From positions 23,064,001-23,128,000 of the forward strand of contig JBHGNT010000001.1 in the NCBI GenBank assembly GCA_043228905.1: DNA of 64,000 nt, given 5' to 3'. Of the stretch, positions 1 to 12,665 are shown piece by piece; the first letter of the stretch is position 1; each line of letters begins with the position of its first letter. Made by a program: the position numbers and the translations under genes. Below the pieces are notes generated by a model, which was given only the letters and a program-made list of their open reading frames with translations, was not told the origin of the DNA and searched no databases. This stretch comes from Azolla caroliniana. Lineage: Eukaryota; Plantae; Polypodiophyta.

Positions 1-1735
1 TAACAAGATCAACTTGATACATTCAAATGTATGGGGATCGAGACAGAACGTTAGTCTTGGCAGGAGCCAATATTTCGTCTCCTTCATCGACGACTACAGC
101 CGGCACACATGGATCTACCTCATCAAGAAGAAAAGCAAAGTTTTCGATTGTTTCCGGAACTTGCAGAGTCTAGTCGAACAAGAAACGGAAAGGAAGATCA
201 AGTGCCTACAGTCGGATGGCGGAAAAGAATACTTTTCTGGCCAATTCAACAATTATCTGCAACATATGGGAATTCCGAGAGAATTTAGTTGCAGATACAC
301 ACTAGAACAAAACGGTGTGGCTGAAAGAAAGAACCGATCAATTGTGGAGGTGGCACGGGCAATGCTGGAAGAGAAGAGCATGCCCAAGTTCTATTGGGCC
401 GAAGCGGTCTGGATGGCCATCTATATCCAAAACCGGATAAGGGATAAGGTGTCAACACATGAGCTATATTTCGGGCAGAAGTCCAAATTTACGACACCTT
501 AAGATATTCGGTAACATTGCCTATGTGCATGTGCCGGAGTATGACACCGACAGAGAGGAGTCGGATCGGAGCGAAATCGACCCCAGGAGAATGAAGGACG
601 TTCGGAAGAGAAATTTGAGTTGGCCAAGAAGGCCAAGAATCGGCAGAGCAGAAATTTCACCGATCGACCCGCTAGAAGAACACCGTCAAACGGTATGGTT
701 ATAACGAGTACATGGCGCATCACTATGCATACATGACAAAAGTGGCGGACGTGTGTGAGCTCTAGAGCTACGCAGAAGTGGAAAAAAATGCACAATGGCG
801 TGCCACTATGGAGGAAGAGATGCGGGCACGTGATGCCAACGACACATGGGACTGGTTGACCCTCCCTGACATTGCAAACCGATAGGGTGCACAAGGTCAA
901 GTATAAAGTTGATGGTTTGGTCAACCGGTACAAGGCCTGGTTAGTCGCAAAAGGATATTCGCAGACCCATGGAATTGATTATGACGAGACCTTCGCTCCA
1001 GTAGCGAAGATGACGAAGGTTCGCGTGGTGCTAACCGTTGCTGCGGCAAGGGGGTGGCATCTTCACCAAATGGACTTGAAGAATGTGTTTCTTCAAGGTG
1101 ACCTTGAAGAACAGGTCTACATGATCGAACCCCCCGATTTTCAGTCAGAGATGAACAAGTCGGTAGTGTGCCGACTTAAAAAGTTCCTTTATGGCTTGAA
1201 GCAAGCCCCCTGTGCTTGGAATTCAAAGATCACGCGCCGGTTGCGTAAGATGGGGTTTGCAGCTTCGAAGTCGGACTCTTTACTGTTCATCTGGAAAGGT
1301 CTGGAAAGTCCGGTACGTATCTTGTTATACGTGGATGATCTAGTCAGCACCAGGCCTTGCCTTGCTGAAATCGGCTGAGTGAAGACCCAGTTGTCGGATG
1401 CATTCGAAATGAAGGACTTCAGGAACCTTCATTACTTCCTCGGGATCAAAGTGGTCCACACCCTCGATGACATATTGTTGTCCCAATGACATTATGTATT
1501 GAATATGTTGTACTGATCTTGAAGCTTAAAGCTTCGTCCCGACTCTGGAATGGCTTGTGATGAGAAACGGTTCTAACAAATTGTCGGAAGCCTCATTTAT
1601 TTGACAATCACCCGACCCGACATTAGCTATCTGGTTGGAGTGATCATTTAGTTTATGGAGAAGGCGATCGTGGAGAATCTTTAGTGTGCACACCGAATAC
1701 TGAGGTATGTCAGCGGCACTAAGGACCGAGGACAA
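1..1735 (+). mobile_element. Degenerate Ty1/copia internal fragment (integrase core, then RT)
   Basis: ORF 14-502 has copia integrase motifs (IHSNVWG, SFIDDYSR, SDGGKEY, EQNGVAERKNR). ORF 872-1378 has copia RT motifs (YKAWLVAKGYSQ, DYDETFAPVAK, HQMDLKNVFL, LYGLKQAP, LLYVDD). IN precedes RT. Stops and deletions present. Confidence 0.95.
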
Positions 1736-1774
1736 AGTCGAGAAAGCCTGTCAGTTAGGTAAGCATCACCGACT

Positions 1775-2121
1775 TCCATTCCCACTCAGGGAAATCGGAG
1801 TTGTAACAAGGTCGACTTGATTCATTCGGATGTGTGGGGACCGACACAGAATGTGAGTATAGGTGGGAGTCGATATTTCGTCTCCTTCATCGATGACTAT
1901 AGGCAACACACCTGGATTTATCTCATAGAGAAGAAGAGTGACATCTTCGACTATTTCCAGAACTTGAAAAGCTTGGTTGAAAGGGAAACAGAGAGAAAAA
2001 TCAAGTGTCTGCGGTTAGATGGCGGAAAAGAATACATTGCTGGTCAATTCAATTGTTATTTGCAGGACATGGGAATTCAACGCAAATTCAACTGCTGATA
2101 TATGCCAGAGTAGAATGGTGT
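1775..2121 (+). mobile_element. Second copia integrase fragment, left part (interrupted at 2122)
   Basis: ORF 1817-2098 (IHSDVWGP...SFIDDY) is paralogous to 14-300. It breaks at NGV and resumes with AERKNR near 12849. Confidence 0.9.
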
Positions 2122-2930
2122 TGTTGCGAAGATGCGCGTACGTGTGTCGCTCGAACTGGACCACCGGGGTCTCTGACCAGGGAGGACGTTTACCAAGTTA
2201 TCGAGAAACAATGTTACCCTTGACAAGATCAAAAGTTTGATGATTATAAGAAGTACAATAATAAGTATCAAAGATGAAAGAAGATGAACAATAGAAGTAT
2301 AATTATAAGAAGAATTTTATATTGATGATGATGATGACGATGGTGATTATCACCTATTGAGCCCCCCCCTTTACACAAGCCCAACTAGAGGCTTTTATAA
2401 GCCTCTCCATGCTTGGGACATGGGCTTGAACCCATGGTTTTTGAGCACACGTTTTTTCTTGTGGCATGCACAAATGTCATGCACAAAACCATGGGTTAAA
2501 AACCATGGTTTTGTGCACACGGTTTTGTATGTTTGTTTCCTATGGAATCGTGAATATGATAAGAAAACATACAAAATCTAAAGCACTTAGTAGTAGCTTT
2601 AGTGGTAAGCTAATTGCAAGGTTCAAATCTTACTTGCATCCCTCTGTACGCACTCAATGCCATTAGGCCCTAGGATTATTTATTATTGATTTATTTTCAT
2701 TTTTACAAGTATTTGTGTAATGTGTGTGGAACCACACTTTTTCACTTTTTCTCCCACTAGACGTGCAACATCACGACATCCACCCCCACTAAACCGCACA
2801 TCCTTCGGTATGTGCCAAGAAGAAAAGAGTGATGTGACGAGGTCAAAGGTGGTTGGTATTTGATTTTCTCCTTTCTTGTGCCTCGCCCAAACCATCTCTT
2901 TGTTGTCTACTTCGAACATGTCTCTTGTTT

Positions 2931-5097
2931 CTACCCAAATTGTCGTTGCCATCCGATCCACCATATTCTATCACCCTTTTCATTGCCATGTCTGATTGTC
3001 ATGGCTCCTTTTGCTCCGCTCGAGCATAACACTTCATAACTCGTGCATGTGCCACCTTCATCTTGGCCATCTCCTTGGTCACCTAACTTTCCTTTATCAT
3101 CCTTTCTCATCTCATGCTTGCCTTTCCTTATGCTCAACAACCTCGACCGGATGTCGCGGCTCGTCTGCTTCGACCTCCATCTAGGTCGGATCAACTTCTG
3201 TCTAGATTGGTCTCGACCAATCAGCTTCTGGCTTGGTCAGCCTTCGTCCGTATTCGCATTCGGCCGAATCGGACTCAGATGATCGACTTTCGTCCAGGTT
3301 AGTTTCCGTCCGGTTTTCAGTTGGGTTGGGCCCAGTTGATCAACTCTCGTCCGAGTCGGCTTCCGTTCAGGTCGGAATACCAACCGCGTCATCTTCCATC
3401 CGGATTGTATTCCGGTTCTTCCTTTCTTGCCGCTCTCTAGCTCTTCATCGAACTCTATTGTAGCTTTGTTTTCGGCCTCCTTGTTGGCCAGCGTTCCTTC
3501 GTATGCGCTAGCTTCGACCCTCATCTCCTCATCGCCACCTTCCATCTCTCCGGTCTTATGTTGGCTCTCGGGCACAACTGCCGAAGTCTCTGGAACCGGT
3601 GTGGAGGGATCCCTTCGTCTGTGGTCATCCTCCTCATCGTTGTTTCGGTCCTTCGATTTCCTGCCGCCAACTTCTGTCTCTCCGGTCTCAAGTTGACACT
3701 CAAGCACAACTGCTGAAGTCTCAAGAACAATAGTGGGGAGAACCTCGTCACCATCGGTCACCATCGACTCATCCATAGACATCTTTCCCTCAATGGTGTT
3801 ATTCGCATTGGCTTCAATCTATGTTTCCCCGTCACTTTCCGTCTCTTGGGTCTCATGTTGGCTCTCGAACGCAACTGCCCAAGTCTCTAGATCAAGTGTT
3901 GGGAAAGTCTCGACATGGCCATCCGCCGTGGACTCGTGCATAGCCATCTTCGACTTGATGTCGTTCCTCATGGCTACCGGCTCAACCACGTTGACCTCGC
4001 ACTCTTCACCTCCCTTGATCACGCAAGCTTTGCTCACTCTTGCACCTTCACCACTTGATATTTAAGACTCGATCTCTGTTCCGAAACATTTGGCATTCGT
4101 CGTCCTCGATTCATTGGTTTCATTCTTCATCGTTGTTTCTTTGCAAGACGAGAAGATTTCTTGTTCCACATCTTCTCTCGTAGTACCATTGTGGTACCGA
4201 ACTTGGGCCTTCATCTTGGCCACTTCATTAACCTGCATTCTTTGGGAGGTCTCTTCTTCTTCGATCACCATCCACTTCATTTTTTTCTCCTTTTGACGCT
4301 TCTCTTCAACCTCAACTTGCGCCTTTGAGTTCTCGAATGCTTCTCTCACAAAGACTTCTATGTCGAGTATCGTCGAACCTTCCCTCTTCGAGCTTTCTTC
4401 CTTTGGTGGTGGCATGTTGTTGTATCTTGTCCTCCTTCAATCGTCCCTCATCGGCCGTGACATCGTCGACAAGATTCCTATCCTCCTCTTGTAATGTCGT
4501 TGGCATACCCTTTTCACTTGGGCCCAATTTTCAGTGAGGCCATTCGCACCATCATTATTCTCGAGTTGGACTCCAATGGCCTTCCTTTCCTTCCGATCAA
4601 TCGACTTTACGAAAATTAAGACTTTATTCGCCCCCACCAATATTTGATCCTACTCCGAGAGTTGAGGAAACTGACACTCAAACTCAACGAATGCGTGCAT
4701 AGCACTCTGGTGGGTCTTCCTTAACGACACCCACTGGTGAAACTCATGTAGACCTCGTCCCTTCGGCTCTTCATGACCATATGCCTCTTGTAAAGCTTCT
4801 TCAATGGACACCCACGAATTGTGAGCTTTTTGAATCTCTTTCATCTCTTCGTAGATTGGTTCGGCCACCACTTGACAAAAGTAGTTTCAACCTCATTGCT
4901 TCGTTCACACCTCTCGAATCCATTTCGGCATTGTAGGACTTTAGAAATTTTTTGACTTTTCTCCCATCGAAACAACCGACTCGCTTGAGCGTGCTTTCAA
5001 TGGCTTGTTGAGACACATCTCGTCTTTTACCTTCTCTCGAAAATTCCATCATCATCTTCGACATTGCCTTCATGAGATATTCCTTGTCCATCTTCAT
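2931..5097 (-). pseudogene. Degenerate gag plus acidic low-complexity repeat region of the type C element
   Basis: ORF pieces 4801-5097, 4650-4871 and 4437-4640 align by eye with family A/B gag (RVGCFDGRKVKKFLKSYNAEM; VLIFVKSID...GLTENWAQVKRVC). They are followed by repeated ETSAVV modules. Confidence 0.75.
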
Positions 5098-5691
5098 CCT
5101 CCCCTGCCGCTCTTCACGTCGGGTTCACCAAGATGTCGAGGAAATCCTCGCGTGTTCGGAAAATGAAGCGGGAGTACCGGGGTCCTGGACTGGAAGGATT
5201 CGATGTTTTTAGCAGCGTTCGCGAGAAAGTATTGAAGATAGATAGATGGATGAAGAGAGAGAGAGAGAGAGAGATTGAACCCTTGACTTTAGTTTTACGA
5301 GACAAGATACATCACCATTAAGATAACTCTGATCTTTGATTAAAAGTTTCGTTTTTTTACTTACATCACTTGCTTCCTTACACAAGCTCCACTATAGGCT
5401 TTTATAGGTCTATCCCTACAAAAACCATGGGCTACAACCACGAGTTGAAACCATGGTTTTGTGCCCACAGTTTCTATATGTTTGCTTCCTACCAAATACT
5501 GAATATGAAAATCAAATATACAAATTCTAAAGCACTCAGTAGTGGCTTTAGTGGTAAGTTAATTTGTTTCCTATCTTGGAGGTGCAAGGCTTGAAGGTTC
5601 AAGCCTTACTTCCACCCCTATGTATACACTTAAATGTTAAGTTAGGCTTTAGTCTTATTTTTATATTTACAATTGAGCGCACATCACACGT

Positions 5692-6342
5692 TATCGTGAA
5701 GAAAACCGTCCACGAGCGGAATCGGTGCGCCGGAGCATAGGAACCGGCTCTTCATGCACGTACGCCTTACGTTGTACATAAGAGAGAATTAGGGACATGG
5801 AAGATCCGAGGTAGGTAGATTCAGTAGGTAGGAAGTTAATAGGAAACGACTCTCTTCTTGCCTATAAAAGGAGGGAGACGAGGAAGAGGAAGGGATCGCG
5901 GAGAGTCGAGGATGAAGTGATGTCGGTTTGTGGGCGAAGGCTTCTCTCTCTCTCTGGCTCGCAAACTCCGTGGCTGCTTTCTGTGCAGGTTTTCGGGAGG
6001 CTCGCGCTGCTCTGAGGAATGCTTGAGTGCTTCCGGCAGCACCTCCAACCTACTCTTTCCTTTCTGTGCGTTTACGAACAGGCATCGGCATCTGTTCGCT
6101 GGCCTGTTCGGTTGTAACAGACTTCGTGCTTCTTGTTGTTTGTTTGTTAATATATATATTTGCATACATTCGTGTCCCTCGGTGTCTGCGTCTCACTCGC
6201 GTCTTTGTATCGAAGGGCCGTGTCCCTGTGAATCTACGCTTGCACGTAGTGGGTCCCCTCCCTTCTCCTTTCTCTCTTGCTCTTCGGTACAAGACCCCTG
6301 AGGTCCCGCCCATTCCACGCATCCGCGAGGAATACCTCGACA
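5692..6342 (+). repeat. 5' LTR, family A copy 1
   Basis: Direct repeat of 12015-12665. TATA-like cctataaaag near 5861. The initial TG is mutated to TA. Confidence 0.95.
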
Positions 6343-6345
6343 TCT

Positions 6346-6363
6346 TGGTGAACCCGACGTGAA
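6346..6363 (+). promoter_or_regulatory. Primer binding site complementary to the tRNA-Trp 3' end
   Basis: TGGTGAACCCGACGTGAA is the reverse complement of the plant tRNA-Trp end TTCACGTCGGGTTCACCA (recalled sequence). The same PBS occurs at 5113-5130(-), 22445, 26597-26614(-), 43870, 52347 (one mismatch) and 62057. Confidence 0.85.
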
Positions 6364-6385
6364 GGAGGCGGCAGAAGAGCAGAAG

Positions 6386-8513
6386 ATGAAGGGGTCGGAT
6401 CTTGCAGAGGCCATGGCTTTGGCAGTGGATCGGATATTGACCGCACGCGAGGGCACCGGCGCCCTCGACAGAGCCATTGAGGCGGTCGTCGGTACGATCG
6501 GCGGGTTCAGCGGAAAGGACACCACGAAGTATTTGGCGTCCTACGGGGCAGAAATGCTAATGCGGGACATTCCGGAAGAGAGGCGTCTTGTTGGGTTCCC
6601 TTGAGTTGCGATGCCGAGCATCCATGCGGAGGTGCTCGAGGTGCGGGCGGAGAGCCGTACTTGGGAGGAGTTCGAAGGTTGACTCCTAGAAAAATACGGG
6701 CTGGACGACACGCTCCGGCTTTCGAAACGGGACTTCATGGAGTGGGTAGAGTCCCCCGACAAGGGAAGAAACGCGTCGCCACTCCTCCGGGAGTTCAAAG
6801 AACGCTTTGCACGCCTTTCGGCGCTTGACCGAACCATTCTGGATACGAGCCGGGTCCTACTGTTCGTCAAGTCGGTGGACGAGCGGGACCGGGATCAAGT
6901 CAGCTCCTTGCTGGAAACCGAAGACGGGCTGACGACCGACTGGACTGCGGTTAAGAGAGTCTGTGGCCGTTTCGACAAACGGCGAGAATGGGCTGACAAC
7001 GGGGCGGCTGGTGCGGGCTGTGTCACAGCAAGGAGGCTTGAACCGGCACCGCAAGGCCGAAGGGAAGAAACCCGGGAATGGCTCGAAACCGGTCCGGCTT
7101 CGACCGGCATGGTCAGTGGCTCGTCCGGAGGAGCAGCGCTGGAGGAGTTGACGCGGGCGATAAAGGATCTCCAGATCGCCCAGACTCGAAGGGAAGGCGG
7201 CGAACCGGCTCGTGACCGGCGGCCGGTAGCAGGGAACAGGTGCATGTGGTGCAACGAGGTCAGCCACATCCGGAAGGACTACGGCGATTTCGCAGAAGCG
7301 TTGAGGAACCGGGTGGTGTACCTGTGGGAAGGCCGGGTGCACGCCTGCGACACCAGAAGGGCCCTAAACCGAAACGACGGGCGAGGAGGAATGAAGAGAC
7401 TTATGGAAGAGGCAGCGGCCCGACACGTGGAGGCCATCCACTACTCGGCGTCGGCCGGCATTCGGGTCGGGGGCAGCGAGGCCTGAAAGGAGGGCAAAGA
7501 CGGATTCTGGTCGGCAAATGCTGGAAGGTCTTGCGGGCGCACGGCTAAGAAAAGATGAAACGGACCGCGCTGAGAGACGGGTCCGGGAAATAACCGGGTG
7601 GAGCGATCCGGTCGAGGAGAAGATAGGCTTCGTAGAAGCCGCCTGCCAGAACTACGAGGCTCTGGTAGAAGACAAACGAGTGGGGAAAGCCGGAGCGGCC
7701 GGGCCCTCACAACGGTACGAGACCCGATTCGGGCAACGACGGAACGATGCCGGTGGGTCCAGTTCGCAAGATAACCCCAGGAAGGGCGGATACCGACTGG
7801 GGACGGAAATAGAAAGGACTACGGACCTACGAAAGGTCCTAGAAGAACGGATCCTCGATAGCAAAGTGGAGTTGTCATTGCGAGAGGTGCTAGGGATCGC
7901 CAAGAAGGAGTTCCACGACTCCATTGTGGACCTGGTGAAACGGAAGAGGCTGTCGACGGAGACGGAACCGGAAAGACTGGTGGAGGTGCGGACGACGCAC
8001 ATCGACGACATGGCGCTGGAAGATGAGTGGGCGGAGAGCCACTATTCAAGGCCGCACTGGGCCCGAGCGACCACGGAGACCCCGGTAAAGATCGGAGATG
8101 TTCAAGAACCGGTGGTAGCACTGGTGGACCACGGTTCAGAAATAAACCTAATGTCCATGGACTTCTATAAGAAGGAAAAGTGGCCGATCAACACCAAGCA
8201 CGGGTGGAAGATACGGGCGGCAACGCGCGCCACCGAGGAACTGCATGGGGCCTACCTGAACGTGCGAGTCAAGATCGGCGACATCGAGATTGACCAGCAC
8301 TTCTTCGTACAGGAGACGTCCTCGCACCCGGTCATATTAGGGGAACCATACATCACGGCGGCGCGGATGGAGACCAAGGTGCTAGACAACGGTTCGGCCT
8401 ACGCAAGGGTCAAAAGCCAGGACGGGCGCCATTGAGTCCAATTTCTGACGGTGCGACCGAACCACGAGCGAAACCGCGAATCCCTCAGTGGCGAGAACCA
8501 GGAGGATTTTTAG
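6386..8513 (+). pseudogene. gag: gag-protease ORF1, family A copy 1 (premature stops)
   Basis: Zinc knuckle CMWCNEVSHIRKD(Y) and retropepsin ALVDHGSEINLM...ILGEPY. Ends at EDF*. Confidence 0.9.
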
Positions 8514-8569
8514 AGAGGGCTGCCAAGCCGTGGGGCCGAGACAGTCCGGACACTCGGGAAAGACCCCAC
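8504..8569 (+). promoter_or_regulatory. Putative -1 ribosomal frameshift signal (G GAT TTT plus pseudoknot)
   Basis: Heptamer 8504-8510, TAG at 8511, 6-nt spacer, stem 1 GGGCTG/CAGTCC, stem 2 GTGGGG/CCCCAC. pol opens in the -1 frame. Confidence 0.75.
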
Positions 8570-11500
8570 AGCTGTACGATAGAACTGAAATCGAAGAAAC
8601 CTTGTACGATAGGAAGAAAATTCTGCTTCTCCAACAACGGAGGGTGTATGATGGTCGGCATCGTTGGCCGAGAAAGGGCAAGGACGGAGGAGCGACTTCG
8701 AGCGTGCGGAGTTCTCTGCCCGGACGAGGAAATCAGCAGGGCCGTGGAGGCGGTCTCCTTCGACGACACCTTGGGGATGCTGAGGAAGGTAGCCGGAGAA
8801 GACCTTAACGAAGACCGGACGATACCGGTATGTTCCGAAGAGATGTACGAAGTCATCGCGAACTTCAGCCAGGGGCTCCGGTCAGATCAGACGGCCCGAG
8901 TTAGCACGAAGTACAAGACTGTGGACCGGAAGGTAAGGCCAGTCGCGGCACCCTTACCGGAGGGCAGCGAGTCCCGAATCAGAGGGGTTGCATCGGACCC
9001 CAGTTTACGAGATCCGGCCTGCATAGGACACACCTTCACCGACGGGACGCTCCGGGAGCTCAAGAACGGTGGGGGCGGGTTCGTACTGCCGGTGGAGGAA
9101 GACCGGTTTCCGAGAATGCTCGAAAGGCACGGAAAGGCCTTCGCATTCTCACCTGAAGAGATCGGGTGCGTAGACCCGACGATCGTGGAGCCGATGGTGA
9201 TATTCACGGTACCGCATGTGCCGTGGAATCTCAAGCCAATTCCAGTACCGAGAGCTCACATCCTGGAGTTGATGGAGCTACTGAGGCAGAAAGTCGATAT
9301 GGGTATTCTTGAACCGTCGAGTGCCCCATACTCGAACCGATGGTTTACCGTACCAAAGAAAAACGGAACATTGCGCTTCATTCAAGACCTGCAGCCGGTC
9401 AACAAAGTGACCATAGACGAGTTCGCGGAGGCCTTCGCCGGAAGGTCGATTTACTCGGTCGGTGATCTGTACTCGGGGTACGACCAGTTCCAGCTAGCCA
9501 TGGAGAGCAGAGACATTACGACAATGCGAACTCCCCTCGGCCTAGTGCGAATGTGTACCCTGCCACAAGGAGGGACCAACTCGGTGGCCCACATGGTGAA
9601 TGCAATGAACAAGGTACTGAGGGATTGCATCCCGGACATCACCATGCCATTTCTAGACGACATCCCGATCACTCGGGCCGGACGGATGCCGGCGATTCGT
9701 GGCAACACACATCGACGACTGCGAGAAGGTGCTACAAAGGCTAGAGGATGCGAGGCTCACCTTCTCCGGGGAGAAATCGGCCTTCGGGCAATCCGAAATC
9801 CTGGTGGTCGGACACCTATGTGGACCATATGGCCGGAAGCCGTCTCCGGTAAAAGTAGAAGCCATCTCCGCGATGAAGACCGACTGTAGCTCGGTTACGG
9901 AAGTTCGGAGATTCCTGGGGGCATGCGCATTCTACCACATATGGATCCCGCATTACGCCCACGTTGCAGAGCTGCTATACGGGTTGCTGAAAAGGGGGCG
10001 AAAATTCGAGTGGCGAGACGAGCACACGGAGTCGGTCCGGAAGCTAAAGGAAGGTCTTGTGGCAACACCGACGCTCCGGAAGGCTGTCTACGAGAAGGGT
10101 ACCCCGGTATACATAACGGTGGATACGAGTTCGACTGGGATCGGATGGGTCGTCAACCAAAACGACGGGGATGGCATTCGGTCCTCTTCGGCGCGAAGGT
10201 CCTCAGTCAGCGACAGCGAGGGTATGCCCAGGTTAAATGCGAACTCTGGGGTATCGTTTCGGCAGTAAAGGCCGACAAAGACTACCTGATCGGGACGGAA
10301 GTGATTATCGAGATGGATTGCCTGCCAATTCTCGGCATGGTTTCCGGATGCGCGACACCGGACCTGGCGATGCTCAAGTGGATAACATACATCAAGTCCC
10401 TGGATCCGGAAATACGACACATTTCCGGAAAGGACAACGTCATGGCCGACATGCTTTCGAGGGCGAGGTTTGATGACGAGGGCGGCATGGTTTCGGAGGA
10501 CGAAGAAGTCGACGTGGACTTCTTCGAGGCGGCGTATGTGAAGACCGATGGGACGAGCACTCGGGCACTTAACGACTTCGACGAGAGCAAGTACGACGGC
10601 GAGTGGCTCCAGATCGGTGGATTTTTGAGGATAATGACATCGGATGCGTCATGGACGAAGGACGAGGCCAACCGGATCTGGAATAAAACTGACCGATTCT
10701 TTCTCTGGGACGGATACTTATGGAAGCACCCGAAGAAGAAGAATGGCATCCCGCTCCGGGTGGTGGCGATGAAGGAAGAACAGGAGGAGCTGTTGACGGC
10801 CTACCACGACAGCCCTTGGGCTGGACACCGTGGAACGTGGGCCACGTTCGAGAAGATAAAGGGGAAGTACTGGTGGCCGGGATTGTACCAGGACGTGCAT
10901 CGGTTCGTGACAACTTGCGAGAGCTGTCAGATGCACTCCATAGTCCGACATCGGGACGGGCTTCACCCTACGTACCCTCCGACCATCCACTTCAAATGGA
11001 TGGTAGATCTGGTGACGATGCCGATGGGAGTAGGACAGATGCGGTATCTGGTCCTGGCTCGGGAAGATTTGACGAACCAGGTGGAAGGCCGGGCCCTTCA
11101 GAACAAAACGACTACAGCCGTATGTCGGTTCCTGATCGAGGATGTGATATGCTGGTATGGGTGCGTCGGGAAGATCGTGGCTAATCGTGGGGAGTTGGAC
11201 GCTGAAGAGGCCGAGGAGCTGTTCGACCGGTTAGGAGTCAAGCTCTCGCTTACCACTGCGTGCAATCCGGAGGCGAATGGGAAGGTGGAGTGCGGACACG
11301 GACCGATCGTCAAGACGTTAGTTCGGGCATGCGGGGGTCAAGTCGGGAACTGGCCGTGGCTGCTGCCTTACACGTTGTGGGCTGACCGAACTACGCATAG
11401 TTTGGTAACCGGATTCATGCTGGCAGAGCTCATGTTTGGGCAGAAGCTGGTCATGCCGATGGAACGTACGATCTCCTCATGGGCAACCGTGGACTGGAGA

Positions 11501-11941
11501 GATGAGATGAGCCGGGAGGAACTATTGGCGGCGCGCATACGTCAGCTCGAGCGAAGGCCGGAGGACGTGGAGCAGGCTGCGAGAAAGCTTCGGGATGCAA
11601 GGATGAGGAACAAAGCCCGGTTCGACCGGACGCACCGGCTCCGACCGGAGAAGATCGAGGAAGGTGACTGGGTGCTAGTCTTCGATAGCAGCCTCGACAA
11701 CCAGCACCGAGCGACACGGAAGTTCGCAAGAAGGTGGTTCGGGCCTTACGTGATACAAAGCGCCAACGACAACGGGATGTACCATCTGGCGGAACTCGAC
11801 GGTACGAGAATGGCGATACCGGTAGCTGGGAAGCGGATCAAAGCGTTCAAGAAGCGTCACGACGACGAGCCGGATCCGGATAACCTGGACCGGGACGACG
11901 AACGATCCGAAACCGAGGAAGAACCGACGGGCGGGGAATGA
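8504..11941 (+). pseudogene. pol: pol ORF2 (RT-RNase H-integrase), family A copy 1
   Basis: RT (SVGDLYSGYDQ, LPQG, FLDD), RNase H (TVDTSSTGIGW), IN (HDSPWAGH..CESC, NPEANGKVE, WFGPY). Several small deletions and frameshifts. Confidence 0.93.
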
Positions 11942-12014
11942 AGGCTGGACCGGTTTTCTCCGTCCCAACTCAATTTGGTGCATGCCGGTGGATGCGCGGT
12001 TAGGTGGGGGCGGA

Positions 12015-12665
12015 TGTCGTGAAGAAAACCGTCCACGAGCGGAATCGGTGCACCGGAGCATAGGAACCGGCTCTTCATGCACGTACGCCTTACGTTGTAC
12101 ATAAGAGAGAACTAGGGACATGGAAGATCCGAGGTAGGTAGATTCGGTAGGTAGGAAGTTAATAGGAAACGACTCTCTTCTTGCCTATAAAAGGAGGGAG
12201 ACGAGGAAGAGGAAGGGATCGCGGAGAGTCGAGGAAGAAGTGTTGTTGGTTTGTGGGCGAAGGCTTCTCTCTCTCTCTGGCTCGCAAACTCCGTGGCTGC
12301 TTTCTGTGCAAGTTTTCGAGAGGCTCGCGCTGCTCTGAGGAATGCCCGAGTGCTTCCGGCAGCACCTCCAACCTAGTCTTTCCTTTCTGTGCGTTTACGA
12401 ACAGGCTTCAGCATCTGTTCGCCGGCCTGTTCGGTTGTAACAGACTTCGTGCTTCTTGTTGTTTGTTTGTTAATATATATATTTGCATACATTCGTGTCC
12501 CTCGGTGTCTGCGTCCCACTCGCGTCTTTGTATCGAAGGGCTGTGTCCCTGTGAATCTACGCTCGCACGTAGTGGGTCCCCTCCCTTCTCCTTTCTCTCT
12601 TGCTCTTCGGTACAAGACCCCCGAGGTCCCGCCCATTCCATGCATCCGCGAGGAATACCTCGACA
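12015..12665 (+). repeat. 3' LTR, family A copy 1
   Basis: tgtcgtgaag...cctcgaca, preceded by the purine tract ggtgggggcgga. Confidence 0.95.

Larger units (their letters stand above)
5692..12665 (+). mobile_element. Full-length Ty3/gypsy LTR retrotransposon, family A copy 1
   Basis: Near-identical 651-bp LTRs at 5692-6342 and 12015-12665, PBS at 6346, PPT before 12015, TSD ACGT/ACGT, domain order gag-PR-RT-RH-IN. Confidence 0.97.

Noticed and set aside
5836-6362. ORFs within family A LTRs (also 12181-12870, 16397-17263, 49405-50142)
   Set aside because: They overlap LTRs, show no protein motifs, and their frames are not consistently preserved between LTR copies.
6346-6363. tRNA gene at the PBS matches
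   Set aside because: Only the 18-nt 3' complement is present, immediately after LTRs, so these are primer binding sites.
6359-6388. GTG start inside the PBS as the gag start
   Set aside because: An in-frame ATG follows 27 nt later, and nothing in the sequence supports non-AUG initiation.
11840-11941. Chromodomain at the end of the family A integrase
   Set aside because: Only a short acidic tail follows the GPY/F motif, with no aromatic-cage pattern.
6857-12121. Many antisense and alternate-frame ORFs over gag-pol
   Set aside because: These are shadow ORFs expected from GC-rich coding sequence.
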